Below are positions 40,511 through 54,828 of a stretch of 64,000 nucleotides of DNA, in pieces; position 1 is the first letter of the stretch, and every line of letters starts with the position of its first letter. The translations under genes were made by a program, and so were the position numbers. This stretch comes from Octopus vulgaris (lineage: Eukaryota). The stretch covers positions 21,204,001 to 21,268,000 of the forward strand of contig OX597834.1 in NCBI GenBank assembly GCA_951406725.2, read 5' to 3'. Below the pieces are notes generated by a model that worked only from the letters and a program-made list of their open reading frames with translations, made no database searches and had not been told where the DNA came from.

Positions 40511-40644
40511 GTATGAATGTATGTTTGTATATATCCATATGGGAGCAAGACAAAATTTATATTCATCCAACCCATGCCAGCAATAAAAAAATACAAGTAT
40601 AGAACGACAGATGACTAGGATAATGATAACAGTGGGAAAAATGC

Positions 40645-40675
<31 letters not shown>

Positions 40676-41259
40676 GGTACACACACATTCATCGGTTTCA
40701 GGAACTGACTAATCGTTCTTCCTGTCTGTATGTATACAACAGATTAATAGAAACTTCACCCCAGGACATTAATTCTCTCTACTTATTCTATTTAAACACA
40801 ATCTACACCCAGCTGTCTTCTACAGTTGAGGATATGATCCTTTAAATTTAGGGCTTAAATTCCACCAGGGGGCAACTTTGCTTTTACTCTTTTCATCAGC
40901 TGAAGAGCTGTGGCCATGCTGGGGCACCATCAAAGTTTTTTTTTGTTTTTTATATATATATATTTTGTATTTTTTTCCCAGTCCTTCATGGGTGGTTCTT
41001 GTGATTGTTTAGCTCCAGACTAACCTAGTTTGAGTGGAGCTTGCTATGATCATCACAATCCATCCATGACATTACTTCAGAAGATGACGCTATAAGATGT
41101 TTTGAGCGGCTGGCTTTGTACAATGGTCAAAAGGCTGTCTCGATATTATGTAATTGACTTTTTTGTAATTAACTCCAATATGTAATTAATTTCAGTATTA
41201 TGCAATTAACTCTTTAACATTTAGATCACACTGTCAAATGTAACGCTCATTTATTCAGA

Positions 41260-41478
41260 CTCTCTCTCTTTTACTCTTTTTACTTGTTTCAGTCATTTGA
41301 CTGCGGCCATGCTGGAGCACCGCCTTTAATCGAGCAACTCAACCCCGGGACTTATTCTTTTTAAGCCCAGTACTTATTCTATCGGTCTCTTTTGCCGAAC
41401 CGCTAAGTGACGGGGTCATAAACACACCAGCATCGGCTGTCAAGCGATGTTGGGGGGGCAAACACAGACATACAAACT

Positions 41479-41544
<66 letters not shown>

Positions 41545-41709
41545 TACGATGGGCTTCTTTCAGTTTCCGTCTACCAAATCCACTCACAAGGCTTTGGTCG
41601 GCCCGAGGCTATATTAGAAGACACTTGCCCAAGGTGCCACACAGTGGGACTGAACCCAGAACCATGTGGTTGGTAAACAAACTACTAACCACACAGTCAC
41701 TCCTGTGCC
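41260..41709 (-). mobile_element. SINE family A, full length
   Basis: Reverse complement of 37352-37760. Confidence 0.92.
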
Positions 41710-41757
41710 TATTTTGACTGTTTTGAATTAATCATACTCCAGAGAAGTATCATTAGT

Positions 41758-42240
41758 TACAAGGTTTTGGTCTGCCTGGGGCTGTAGTCAGAGATACTTG
41801 CCCAACATGTTACACATTGGCACTGAACCCGAGACCATGTGGTTGAGCAGCAAACCTTTTACTACACAGCCATGCCTCTGCTTGTATGTGTGTGTATGCA
41901 TACGGCAGGCTTCTTTCAGTTTCCATCTACCAAGTTCACACAAAAGCTTTGATTGACTCAGGGCTATGGCAGAAGACACTTGGTCAAGATGCCAAGTAGC
42001 TAGATTGAACTCAGAACCATGTGGTTGAAGACCAGACCTCTTATTACACAGCCATGCCTGTACCTGTATGTGTGTGTATACGACAGGCTTCTTTCAGTTT
42101 CCGTCTACCAAGTCCACACAAAAGCTTTGGTTGACCCAGGGCTATGACAGAAGACACTTGGTCATGATGCCAAGTAGCTAGATTGAACTCAGAACCATGT
42201 GGTTGGAGACCAGACTTCTTATTACACATTCCATGCCTCT
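41758..42240 (-). repeat. Tandem triplet of SINE A 5' halves (period about 178 bp)
   Basis: The two right units share agtagctagattgaactcagaaccatgtggttg. Confidence 0.85.
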
Positions 42241-42284
42241 GTGTGTGTATAAAGGGTTACTCTAGTTTTGAAGAGTACAAATTT

Positions 42285-42380
42285 ATTATTCTTTAACAAG
42301 AATTGTCTTGAGAGTTTGAGGATGACTTGGATGGCCAAAACTTCGAATCACTATCTACACAATTCTTGTTAAAGAATAAT
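42285..42380 (+). mobile_element. Short fold-back with 22-bp perfect arms enclosing a decayed hammerhead motif
   Basis: attattctttaacaagaattgt / acaattcttgttaaagaataat; AGT-TTGAGGA-tgacttggatggcc-AAAA-cttcgaa-TC-ACT at 42313-42352. Confidence 0.55.
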
Positions 42381-42409
42381 GTATGTGTCAGTGTGTGTGT
42401 AATTGTTTT

Positions 42410-42802
42410 CTTTTTACTTGTTCCACTCATTTGACTTCAGCCATGCTGAAGCACCGCCTTGAAGGGTTTTAGTCAACCAAATTGACCCCAGGAGTTATTT
42501 CTTTAGCCTGGTACTTATTGTATCGGTCCCTTTTGCCGAACCACTAAGTTGCAGGGATGTAAACACACCAACACCAATTGTCAAGCAGTGACGGGCTGAC
42601 AAACACAAACACACATACACATAGATATATACATATATACATATATATACAACAGGCTTCTTTCAGTTTCCATCTACCAAATTCATTCACAAGGCTTTGG
42701 TTGGCTCGAGACTATAGTAGAAGTCACTTGCCCAAGATGCCGCACAGTGGGACTGAACCTGGAACCATGTGATTGGGAATTGGGAAGCAAGCTTCTTACC
42801 AT
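42410..42802 (-). mobile_element. SINE family A
   Basis: Reverse complement match to family A. Confidence 0.85.
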
Positions 42803-43330
42803 CGTGTATGTAGATCAAAGAGCATTTACATGTATGAATATGTAATGTCTGCTCAGACATGTATATATTAACACACTTCTCGTAGAATAATCTAGAAAGA
42901 TGTAAAAAAATGACCGACAGACAGACAGAGAGGGAGGAGAGAAAGAAAGAGAGAGAGAGAGAGAGTGAGATGACTGGGGTGTCCATTAGACGTGTTTGCA
43001 TGTCCATCAGTGCACTGACCACAAGGATGCAGTACAAACTGATGACCTCTGAGTTAAGGGTTCACATCACATCATATCATGCCGCATATTTAATGCATGG
43101 GGAAAGGAGCCAGAGGAGTGAAGCTGGGATCGGGGAGTGAATGAGGGGTGGGGGATAAATGGCAAGAAGCTGTGGGTTTTTTTTTTATGGTTTCTGGTTT
43201 TTGGTTATTATTATTTTTTTTTGTTTGTTTCTTGTTTTTGTTTCGGCTTGTTTGAGCGGGAAGTTGTCTGTCCGTGTTTGTTTGCATAACTTATTTGTAT
43301 TGAAGGAACATGCACACTTGCCTCTCATCC

Positions 43331-43486
43331 ATCATCATCACCACCACCATCGTCATCATTATCAACATCATCATCACCACCACCATCGTCATCATCATCA
43401 ACATCATCATCACCACTACTACCACCACCACCGTCATCACTACCACCATCAATACCACCACCATCATCATCATCACCACCATCAAC

Positions 43487-43520
<34 letters not shown>

Positions 43521-43815
43521 TCAGTTCCACCATCATCATAATCACAAACTCCATCACCACCACCACCATCATCATCATCATCACCACCACCATCAATACC
43601 ACCACCACCACCATCATCATCATCACCACCATCAATATCACCACCACCATCATCATCATCAACATCATCAGTTCCACTATCATTATCATCATCAACACCA
43701 TCGCCACCACCATCACCACCACCATCATCATCATCATCAGTTCATCATCATCATCATTATCATTACCACCACCACCACCGTCATCATCACTACCACCATC
43801 ATCATCATCATCATT
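43331..43815. repeat. (CAT/CAC)n compound repeat
   Basis: Direct reading; source of the poly-His pseudo-ORF. Confidence 0.95.
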
Positions 43816-44534
43816 ATTGATATTGTCATAATACTTGACACAAGACACTGGCCATTTGATTATCTGAGTCATCTTCATTAAGACGAGGATTAGCTGAGCA
43901 TCTCTCTATCTTTCTGTATCTCTCTCTCCATCTCTACTTCTCCTTATTTCCCTTTCTCTTACTCTCCCAATTTCCCCCCCTCTATCTTATCTTCTCTTGA
44001 ATTATCTTTCTTTTTGAAACCCTCTTTCATTTTTCTCTCTCTTTCCTTCTTTCTCTCTTTCTCCCTCTCTTTTTCTCCCTCCCTCCCTCTCTTTCTCTCT
44101 CTCCCTCTCTTTCTCTCTCTCCCTCTTTTTCTCTCTCTCTTTCTCTCTCTTTCTGGCTCTCTCATTCTTATTCATCATTCATCATTCATCATGTTATGCA
44201 TCAGTGTATGTGTGTGTGTGTGTGTGTCTGTCTGTTTGTGTGTATGAGATATTGTATTATAAATACATGTGCCTCTGTGTACGTATGTGTGTGTGTGTGT
44301 GTACACATGTGTATCTTTGTCATAGCATTGCATGATCATCGTAAATAAGTCATACAAATCATGCCATTCACTTCCAGTCTTCTGTGAAAACATGTCCAGC
44401 TACAAACTACTATATTACCTTGCTTGGAAACAGGGGAAGTTTGATGACAGGAAGAGCATCCAGCTGTAGAAATTTTACCTCAACAAAGTCCATGTAAAAA
44501 TGGAAAAGTGAACACAAATGATTCTGAATGATAC

Positions 44535-44860
44535 GTGGTTGGCATCCTTTTTGTCTCAGGAGACAATGGATTTGTGCATAAAATAATCTAGTCCAGCTTT
44601 TACATTTCATGTCCTAATACATCTCCTGGCAGGTCCCGCAAATGTAGTGAAGACTGTTCCTGGCTGGTTGTAATGTCATAGTTTCTTGTTGACGTCTTCT
44701 CTTGTCTTTCCATTTCTCCTCTCTCTCTCTGTCACTCCTTTGTGTTCCCTCTTTTACGGTACATCGCCAATCTCCACAGTTGCTGGCAGCTGCGTCCCAG
44801 TTGCTAATATTGATGTTGCAGGCCTCCATGTCCCTTTTGCAAACATCCTTGTAACATAAT
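44535..44860 (-). pseudogene. RTE-clade LINE 3' fragment (ORF C-terminus and 3' UTR)
   Basis: YKDVCKRDMEACNINISNWDAAASNCGDWRCTVKEG...ICGTC resembles the RTE C-terminus (RYKDxxKRDxK..W...A.DR..WR, then CxxC). Confidence 0.8.
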
Positions 44861-45023
44861 GATACATACATACACTATAATAAGATACCAACTATACCCT
44901 GCTCCAGCCTACCTAAGAACCAGTCTGGCAGACACCTGTCTCACCCAGGTCGCTGACCTTAAACATCATCTTTCACAACTATATTCTTAACCTCCACGGC
45001 CAACTTTGTTGGTCATTCTCCCA

Positions 45024-45054
<31 letters not shown>

Positions 45055-45078
45055 ATATATAAATATATATATATATAT

Positions 45079-45413
45079 ACCAGTGCCGGTGGCATGTAAG
45101 AGAACCATCCGTTTCGCGACCGTTGCCAGCGCCGCCCCGACTGGCCTCGTGCCGGTGGCACGTAAAAAGCACCATCCGTTCGTGTCCGTTGACAGCCTCG
45201 CCTGGCCCCGTGCTGGTGGCACATAAAAAGCACCATCCGTTCGTGGCACCCACTACACTCACGGAGTGGTTGGCGTTAGGAAGGGCATCCAGCTGTAGAA
45301 ACTCTGCCAGATCTGACTGGGCCTGATGAAGCCTTCTGGCTTCACAGACCCCAGTTGAACCGTCCAACCCATGCTAGCATGGAAAACGGACGCTAAACGA
45401 TGATGATGATGAT
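45079..45413 (+). mobile_element. SINE family C, well-preserved copy
   Basis: Internal gtgcYggtggcacRtaaaaagcacc repeats and (GAT)n tail; close to 25690-26006. Confidence 0.9.
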
Positions 45414-45796
45414 GTGGAGGCGCAATGGCCCAGTGGTTAAGGCAGCGAACTCGCAGTCATAGGATCGCGGTTTCGATTCCCAGTCCGGGCGTTGTGAGTG
45501 TTTATTGAGTGAAAACACCTAAAGCTCCACAAGTCTCTGGCAGGGGATGGTGGTGATCCCTGCTGTACTCTTTCACCACAACTTTCTCTCACTCTTACTT
45601 CCTGTTTCTGTTGTACCTGTATTTCAAAGGGCCGGCCTTGTCACTCTCTGTGTCACACTGAATAGCCCCGAGAACTACGTTAAGGGTACACGTGTCTGTG
45701 GAGTGCTCAGCCACTTACACGTTGATTTCACGAGCAGGCTGTTCCGTTGATTCGGATCAACCGGAACCCTCGTCGTCGTAACCGACGGAGTGCCTT
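45414..45796 (+). mobile_element. tRNA-derived SINE family E (head 1 + tail Y)
   Basis: Head matches 20492-20680 and tail matches 37945-38125; B box ttcgattccc. Confidence 0.9.
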
Positions 45797-46239
45797 CATA
45801 TATATATATATAGCCAAAACATTGCAAATTATAAGAAATGATACGAGTCAATTGTTCGTACATTGAGCTTGTGTAGCTTGTTTAAGTTATGAAAGATAAA
45901 ACCAAAAACGTTTATGTGTATAACAGACAATACCTCATGATGTTTGTATGTGTGTATGTACCCACATCAACATGGTAAACATTATTCTTCGAATAGAATG
46001 AAATTTTATCAAATTTCACTAAAAAACCGTTTATGTCGCTGAACCTCAGAAATTTTTTCACAAAGCCAATTTTAACAAACAGTACAGCGTCACAACCATA
46101 CAACCGTACAGTCACTATAGAGTATGTTGGTGTAGAACTAATGACATTTAAATGTCTGTTTTAAATATTTCATAACACAATCGTGCCTTCAAACTGTTTT
46201 ATTGACAAAGTAGAGTCTGGGGAATTGCAGTGTGTATGT

Positions 46240-46556
<317 letters not shown>

Positions 46557-46832
46557 CGTTTGTGTATATCTATGTGTATATGTGTACAGAGCTATTTTAA
46601 TGTGGGTTGGGGATGTATGTGTTGTGGGGTGGGGCAGGATTCATGTCCATTTGTATTTGTGTATGTATATGTGGTTGACGTTTTTTTTGTGTCCTGTACC
46701 CATATATACATGTATATGTACATGTAGAGGTAGGTACGTACATATATGTATGTATATATGCATATGTTTTATTTTATTTATTAATATATTATATGACGGA
46801 ATGCACGCATCCATTTCTAAGTAAGATTGTTC

Positions 46833-46872
<40 letters not shown>

Positions 46873-47339
46873 TATATACATACATACATATATAGACGTG
46901 TGTGTATGTATGTATATGAGTATATATGTAGTGTTGTGGACACGTGGAGAAGTGTGTTTTTGTGTTTTTTAGCGTGTATGTGTGTCTGTATATGTATACA
47001 CACACACACACACACATATTTATATATGTGAAAGTATATACTCACATGTGTGTGTATATTTATATGTGTGCCTGTGTATATATGTATATACTCACATGCA
47101 TACATATTTTATATGAGCATGTGTGCATATAATGCATATGTGTGTGTGCGTGAATGTGTGTGTGTGTGTGCGTGTGCGGGTGTGTGTGCAATAGTTTGCA
47201 GTATCGGTTGCTAAGCCACATCGACTTTTACAGTTCTGTAAAGAATAATAATAATAATAATGATATTTTATAAGCTTTGAGCTTATAAGATGTTATTATT
47301 ATATATATATATGTATGTGTGTGCATGTGTGTAAATATA

Positions 47340-47370
<31 letters not shown>

Positions 47371-47663
47371 GTGTATGTATGTATGAGTGCGTGTGTGGAT
47401 ATTTCACTCAATAGACATACACACAGAGGCAAAAATTAGGAAAACAAGTCCTATTGTCTATTGAAAGTTATCTGGGTGATTTAATATGAAATGATGTGTG
47501 TGATCTGTGTCTATGAAACAAATGAAGTGGAGAAAAAAATCGTTCTGATGTTTTCAGAAAATAGCTCAATGATTGGAGGTTCAAATCTCTAGAGGGTATG
47601 ACATAAGGATTCTGGGGTAAACAGGGATGTTAATTCATCTCGCATTATCTCAAGTTGATGATA

Positions 47664-47816
47664 CTGCTGCTGCTGCTGCTTCTTCTTCTTCTTCTTCTTC
47701 TTCTTCTTCTTCTTCTTCTTCTTCTTCTTCTTCTTCTTCTTCTTCTCCTCCTCCTCCTCCTCCTCCTCCTCCTCCTCCTCTTCTTCTTTTCTTCTTCTTC
47801 TTCTTCCTCCTCGTCC
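47664..47816. repeat. (CTG)n(CTT)n(CCT)n compound microsatellite
   Basis: Direct reading. Confidence 0.97.
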
Positions 47817-49018
47817 TCCCCCCAGTCTGCTATCCTCATAAGTGTTTTTACACTTCTGAATTATAGCTGATGTTGATCCATTTACCAGTGCCATGGTCTT
47901 TGAGAATTTCTTAAACCAGTTTGGATTGTCATTATGGAATGGTCCATTAAAGAAAGACCTTCGAAAGGTTAAAAAAAAGAATGTGTGTGTGTATGTATTA
48001 CATATCTACATACATATGTATATGCCTATGTATGTATATATATATATATATATTTATGTGTGTATGTATATGAATATATATACATACATATACACACACA
48101 TGTATGTATGTATGTGTGTATATATATATATATATATATCATATGTATGTATACATACATATATATATATATACACACATATATGCATGTGTGTATACAT
48201 GTATATGTAGATATATATATATATATAAATCAGAAAAACTACCTTTTATCAATTATATATATATATATTATATTTTGTGAAATTTAATTTAGTATTTCTA
48301 AATTGAATTTTTACTTGTAAGTTTGGAATAATATTCCCTCAAATTATTATTAAATATATAAATATAAATACATACATATATATATATATATATAACACCA
48401 CCTCCCCAATGTGGTTAACCATGATAAGATGGCTTCTATACTTTACATTATCGAGTGATTACTGTTTCAATCTCATTCTGAGATTTAATTATGCTATATA
48501 TATATATATTTAGCAAATACTTCGCGAAAATATTATTTGTAAAGATATTATCGACTTTATTATTATCTGGTGTAACAATTTAAAGATGATGATAACAGAA
48601 TCAATAATATAGGCAATTGCAGGTCCTAAAAAGACATTAAATAGCCGGAAATAACAGTCAAAACACTTATTTGGTGATTTAAATAATGATGATGGTGATC
48701 TGCAATATGCTTCCAATCCGCTTCTATCAAGCAAATGCTTTCTCAAGGCAATGATCATCTTGGGGTTATAGGGGAAAACACTTGCACAATGTATTACACA
48801 GTTGAACTGAACACAAAATCTTGTGGTTGCCAAATAAACATCATAAACACACAGCCGTGCTTCCATGAATATATATATGCGATGTGTTTTTAACCTGCCA
48901 CAGTGTTGTCCATTTGTTGTACAGGGTGTTCAAAAAGTCTCTCCACAATCGTAACCTTCACACTGTACGTACCATTCAGGCTCTCCAAGATGTATTTCAA
49001 AACATTAGAAGAGTTAAC

Positions 49019-49438
49019 GGATCTTTTCGGTTTGAACGGCAGTTTTTCTAGTGGTGTCATATGAAATTGTCACCCATAATTATGACCCTAGTATCGATCT
49101 ATTGCATTTCAATTTGTTTTAGGGTTAGGGTTAGGGTTAGGGGTGGGGGAAGGGTATCTTTTTTGTTCGCAAATGTAAATAAACCCAATCTGTTTCTTAA
49201 ACGTGGGACATATTCATACGGCACAGAATGTTTATTACCTCAATAGACGTCAGTGATTGGTTGAAATTGCAGAAATTGAAGAAAAAAAACAACAAATATC
49301 TTAGAAACTATAGAATTTTCTCAATAAAGCCAAGAGAAAAAAATGTTTTATAAACACATTCTATCAGTATACGAAGTTTAAAATTTTTTAGTTACCTAGA
49401 AATTATGTTAAAAACTGCCGTTCAAACCGAAGAGATCC
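49019..49438. mobile_element. Second copy of the TTAGGG-containing MITE
   Basis: Same TIRs; 8-bp TSD gagttaac; four TTAGGG units near 49119-49142. Confidence 0.92.
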
Positions 49439-49498
49439 GAGTTAACTTATATACTGAAAATGAAGGACGATACTTTCAACACCTCTTATAAAGTTTTT

Positions 49499-49727
49499 TT
49501 AACCATTTAGTGTTCACATTATTCTGCCAAAGTTAATGCTTTTTTATCCATATTGTTTTTAACTAATAATGCATTATCTTGTAGCTATGAGATTTTGATG
49601 AGGTAGCTGTTAATTTTTAAGATGATATTGTAGGGTTGGTGTGAGAGACCAGATCTGGCCAGTTTGAACATAAAACAGGCAGAATACTTTTGGCCGAATA
49701 TGGCCGGTTGAAATGCTAAAGGGTTAA
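49499..49727. mobile_element. piggyBac-type MITE, second family
   Basis: TTAA-ccatttagtgtt ... aatgctaaaggg-TTAA. Confidence 0.65.
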
Positions 49728-49910
49728 AGTCTTGTAAAGTCCAATATTTTCTTTTCTAGTCTTATACCGTCTTATAAATATTTATTTTGCAATAAAATAC
49801 TTACTGCAGAGAGAGTTTTTGAACATGCTGTATTTTGGAGATGTACACCATTCTTCCATGTAATCAGCTTGAAAAATTGATCTGAACAAAATCTGCACTC
49901 TTTCAGTGAG

Positions 49911-49958
<48 letters not shown>

Positions 49959-50626
49959 TTGTGTGTATGTGTGTGTGTGATTTCATCCGTGTGTGTATCT
50001 GTATCTGTACCAACATGCATGTAAATAAATGCATTGAAGCATGTGTGAAAGTGTGTAATTTTGTAGGCAGACCAGAACTGGTCTTCTTACTGAATGAAAT
50101 CAGGTCTTAATTAATCTGCTAATTGCCATGTGGAACATTCTGCTAATTAATTCACTATGAGTTGAATTAGTATTTTAACCAGTTCCATCAGAACAGCGAC
50201 TAATAGCAGTTGCAGGCATGTTGCCACTTCACCGATATAAACATGCATATACCTACTTAATCACACACTCACACATACACTCACACATATACACTCACAC
50301 ATACGCAGACAGACATACACGCACATATGTATGTATATCATCACTCATTTTTGGATAAACACAATAAATTAATAAAATATGTATTCCTCATTTCCTGTTC
50401 TTCACCTGGATGTGCCACTTCTGTCTGCCCAGGTGCTAAACTTCTCAGTACCAAAGTACTAAAGTACATAAGAGTCTTGGTATAAAGAATGGCAGAATTT
50501 TTTTTCTTTTCTTTTCCTTTTTTTTTTTTTTGCTTGCTGCTTGTATACTGGACTGAATCAATCAAACTCTCTCTCTCTTTATACACACACACACACATAT
50601 ATGCATATGTATGTGTATATGTATGC

Positions 50627-50707
<81 letters not shown>

Positions 50708-50828
50708 GGTTGAGGGAAAAGTTTGCGCACCATGTTAAAATGATGCTTTTTTATGAATTTTTATGGAGTGTATTCTTTGTTGAAAAGTACCCAAGACTTG
50801 ATCGTCGAAAATACACTTTATCATCATT

Positions 50829-50859
<31 letters not shown>

Positions 50860-50879
50860 TTATTATTATTACTTTTTTT

Positions 50880-51084
50880 TTCTTCTTTCAAATTTGCTTC
50901 CATTTCTTGCCGAGTGTCTTCCCGACTCCTAGGGCAAAGAAACTCATAGTATACATTGGCAGGCCATTAAACCAAACTCAATAGTTCGTTCATTAAAAAA
51001 ATTTTTTTTTATTTATTTTTTTTTTTAAGTTAAATTAAAATACATGAGCAGCTACAGTTCTCACATCGACAATGCTCTTCTCAA

Positions 51085-51085
<1 letters not shown>
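50880..51085 (-). mobile_element. R4/Dong-like non-LTR 3' end in (TAA)n
   Basis: Minus strand encodes LRRALSM*, then a 3' UTR homologous to 57970-58085; TAA repeats on both sides. Confidence 0.7.
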
Positions 51086-51138
<53 letters not shown>

Positions 51139-51139
51139 G

Positions 51140-51357
51140 TTGATGAGCTGGAACACTCATTAGCACACCAGGCAAAATGCCTGGCAGCATTTTGCTTGTC
51201 TCTGCATTCTGAGTTCAAATTCCGCTGAGGTCAATTTTGCCTTTTATCCTTTTGGAGTCGATAAAATAAGTACCAGTGAAACACTAGGGTCGATGTAATC
51301 AACTAGTCCCCTCCCCTATCAAATTTCAGGCCTTGTGCCTATAGGAGAAAGGGTTAT
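51140..51357 (+). mobile_element. SINE family B in (TTA)n
   Basis: Family B match. Confidence 0.85.
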
Positions 51358-52996
51358 TATTAACATCTTTTGAGCTTTTGCACTGTTGAAAACTTTATAT
51401 TTGATGCATTTCTGCCACATTCCTCGCAAATGACCTCACTTCACTTCCTCTACTCCAAACCCACCCCCAATACTTACCCATCTTCAATAAACCTTTTCCT
51501 AAATTACAGGTGGGAATTAATAAGCATAATAACAAGACTTGCTGTGTTCATATATAAAGCTATATAGATCCTTGGGTGGGCCACCGATTCTTCCAGATAC
51601 GAAGAAGACATTGTAAGCATGGGGAAGTTTTCAAATTTATCAGCCAACCATATATTCCAATATACCAGAATATATAAACAGAATATTACATCTCTCTCTC
51701 TCCATCTCTCTTTCTCCCCCTTTTGTTTTACTCATTTGTTGTTTTATTTGTAGTTTTCGTTTTTAAAAAAAAAAGTTTATTGCGCGGTTTTCAGAACTCT
51801 GAGTAATCATTTTGGAATTGCATTCCTTATGAACAACTTTGAAAAATAATCAAATTTATTTTGAAATTCATTCATACAGAACCTTGAATCTCAGATCTCT
51901 CTCTCTCTCTCTCTCTCTTTCTCTAAAACAACAACAAAAAACAGGCTTCTTACCCCCTCCACCGAAACTGGAACCATTTTGTGTCTTTTAATCACACTTC
52001 ATGTTGAACAATAATTTCCGTGTCATGTCTTCCCACCGCCGCCAACACCACCACCATTTCTCTTTGTATATACAGGATACATTCAAAGCTGTTAGTCACA
52101 AAATATTTAATAATAAAAGAGTTCTGAGAGCTTACATAGCAGAAGGAAGCTTCAGTTTGATGTATTTATTTTTATTGTTCCAAATGAACTGTTTCCTCTG
52201 TGGACTCTGATATTTAATAAAAAGACCAACAACAACAACAACAATAATGATAAAGATAATAATAATTTCTTGAATTACTGAAGAACTCGGTGACCTCCCT
52301 CCCACACTCTATAATTGTGTGCACTTTTTGTCCGATACTTGCTACATCTCGGCTCCTATATTTTTTTTTTTTTTTTAGTTTCCCCACTTTGCGGTAATTA
52401 ATTATGGTGAACTTTGTAAATAATGTAATTTTCTTATCTAGCTGTCTTCCCAGACGGAATTGTGATGTGCTAACTCAACTCTTTGCACTTTAGCACGTGT
52501 TAGGTCACAGTCATGCACCCTACCCCCACTCCCACACACACATACACGCACACACACACATACATGCACACACACGCACACGCATACATGTACACACACA
52601 GATATGCAAATAGTCATGCACACAAACACACGTCTTAAATATATGTTGCTGAACATAATACTCACATAAGCATGCGTTTGTATATGTGTATGTATATATA
52701 TATATAAATGTTACAGCATGCGTGTGGACATATAAGTGTGTGTGTGGGTGTATGTGTGTGTGTATATATATATATATACAATGCCAACTACTCTAAGAGT
52801 GTATATACGTATATATAAGTATATACATATATATATATTTATATATATATCAATAGATATATATATATATATCTATTGATATATATGTATAAGTATATAT
52901 ATATTTAAATATATATATATACACACACACACATACATACATATATGTACGTATGTATGTGGTAGAGCATATATATATATATGTGTGTGTGTATGT

Positions 52997-53027
<31 letters not shown>

Positions 53028-53264
53028 ATTTATATCCACTTTTCAAATTATATGAGGCATTTATAAGCACAAACCCATGATAAAGTGGAAGAATAGATCC
53101 CATGGGAAGGGACCTGAACCAGGAAGCTGTCTTAGGTTTGTTGCTCCTAAAATGTCGTATATTTTATACTTAACAAAAACCATAACCCTTAACAGATGCG
53201 TACATACACATTTATCTACATATAGCTCTATGTGTGTGTGTGTGTGTGTGCATGTGCACGTTTG

Positions 53265-53344
<80 letters not shown>

Positions 53345-53636
53345 CCACAGATGGGAACCAAACAGTCTCAGCATTGAAGGCACTTAGAAGCACTCAAATG
53401 ATTCAAGCTTAGACTCTGGTGTCTTTACATGGGATCAATTCCATGGGGTAAAGAATTGCTGTAAGTTGGATCTATTAATATAAATAGCTATATTATTTAT
53501 TTATACTTAAATATTCATCATCTGAAAATCTCCCTTTTTTTGGCTTTCTCTCGCTTAGCATATATACACATATATATTTGGTATTTCATACCTAAACTCT
53601 TATACATAAATATATCTAAATTTTTTATCTGCATAA

Positions 53637-54485
53637 TTCCTTTCTACTTTAGGCACAAGGCCCGAAATTTTTGTTGGGAGTTGGGTGGGCACTTGATTAG
53701 ATCGACTCCAGTACGAAACTGGTACTTAATTTATCGATCCCGAAAGGATGAAAGGCAAAGTCGATCTCTGCAGAATTTGAACTCAGAACTTAAAGATAGA
53801 TGAAATACTGCTAAGCATTTCACCTGGTGTGCTAACATTTCTGCCAGCTGGCCACCTTTATATCTGTATAATTGCCTCTCTTTCTTTCCATCTCTCCCTC
53901 TGTCTGTCTGTCTGTCTGTCTCTCACTCTCTCTCCCTCTATATATATAAGCCTTATGAGTGGATTTGGTAGATGGAAAGTATAAGAAGTCAGTCGTGTGT
54001 ATATATATATATAAATAGTATTTGTGCATCTGTGTTTGTCCCCACACAATCACTTGACAACCGATGTTGGTGTGTTTATGTCCTCATAACTTGGCGTTTT
54101 AGCAAAAGAGACCAATAGAATAAGTACTAGGCTTACAAATAGTGAGTCATGAGGTTGATTTGTTCGACTAAAGGTGACTAAAGGCAATGCTACAGCATGG
54201 CTGAAACAAGTTAAATCAACCCCAGTATTTATTGCTCCAGGGCCGATACTTATTCTATCAGTTTCTGTTGCCCAACTGCTAAGTTAAATGCAAGTAGTGA
54301 TGGGGGAAAACAAATGCACATACATAAGTACGACAGGTTTCTGCACAGTTTCCATCTAACAAATCCATTCACATGACATTGGTCAGTGTGGGGCAAGAAC
54401 ATACTTCCCCTAATGTGCTGTGCAATGCGACTGAACCTGAAACCATATGGCTGCAGAGCAGACTTCTTAACTACACAGCCATGCC
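53637..54485. mobile_element. SINE cluster: B(-) 53637-53858, A(+) about 53950-54213, A(-) about 54215-54485
   Basis: Family matches. Confidence 0.8.
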
Positions 54486-54491
54486 ATATAT

Positions 54492-54603
<112 letters not shown>

Positions 54604-54737
54604 TCATCATCATCATCATATATATATATACACCGGAGTAAACACATAAATGTGAAACAAGGTGGAAAAATGAGTACTCAAATACCAGGGGTAGAGTAAT
54701 ATGCTTTATTTAAAAGCAGCAGAAAATTCAACAAAAC

Positions 54738-54775
54738 CTGTTACTCTGAGTTTTACGTTCCTGTTCGTCGGACAG
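54738..54775 (-). ncRNA. Hammerhead-like motif, minus arm (GAAA changed to AAAA)
   Basis: CTGT-CCGACGA-ACAGGAACGT-AAAA-CTCAGAG-TA-ACAG. Confidence 0.6.
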
Positions 54776-54792
54776 TTTTTTCTAGCAAAAAG

Positions 54793-54828
54793 TGTCCGAC
54801 GAATGGGAACGTGAAACTCAGAGTAACA
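54793..54828 (+). ncRNA. Minimal type-I hammerhead-like motif with CCGACGA core
   Basis: TGT-CCGACGA-ATG ggaa CGT-GAAA-CTC a GAG-TA-ACA. Confidence 0.72.

Noticed and set aside
43159-43881. 240-aa His-rich ORF
   Set aside because: Translation of a (CAT/CAC)n microsatellite
45414-45490. tRNA gene (also 20494, 36118, 37805)
   Set aside because: A and B boxes are present but run into SINE bodies, without a clear acceptor stem or terminator
48510-48866. 118-aa non-repetitive minus ORF
   Set aside because: No recognisable motif; bounded by TA tracts and probably an unclassified repeat remnant
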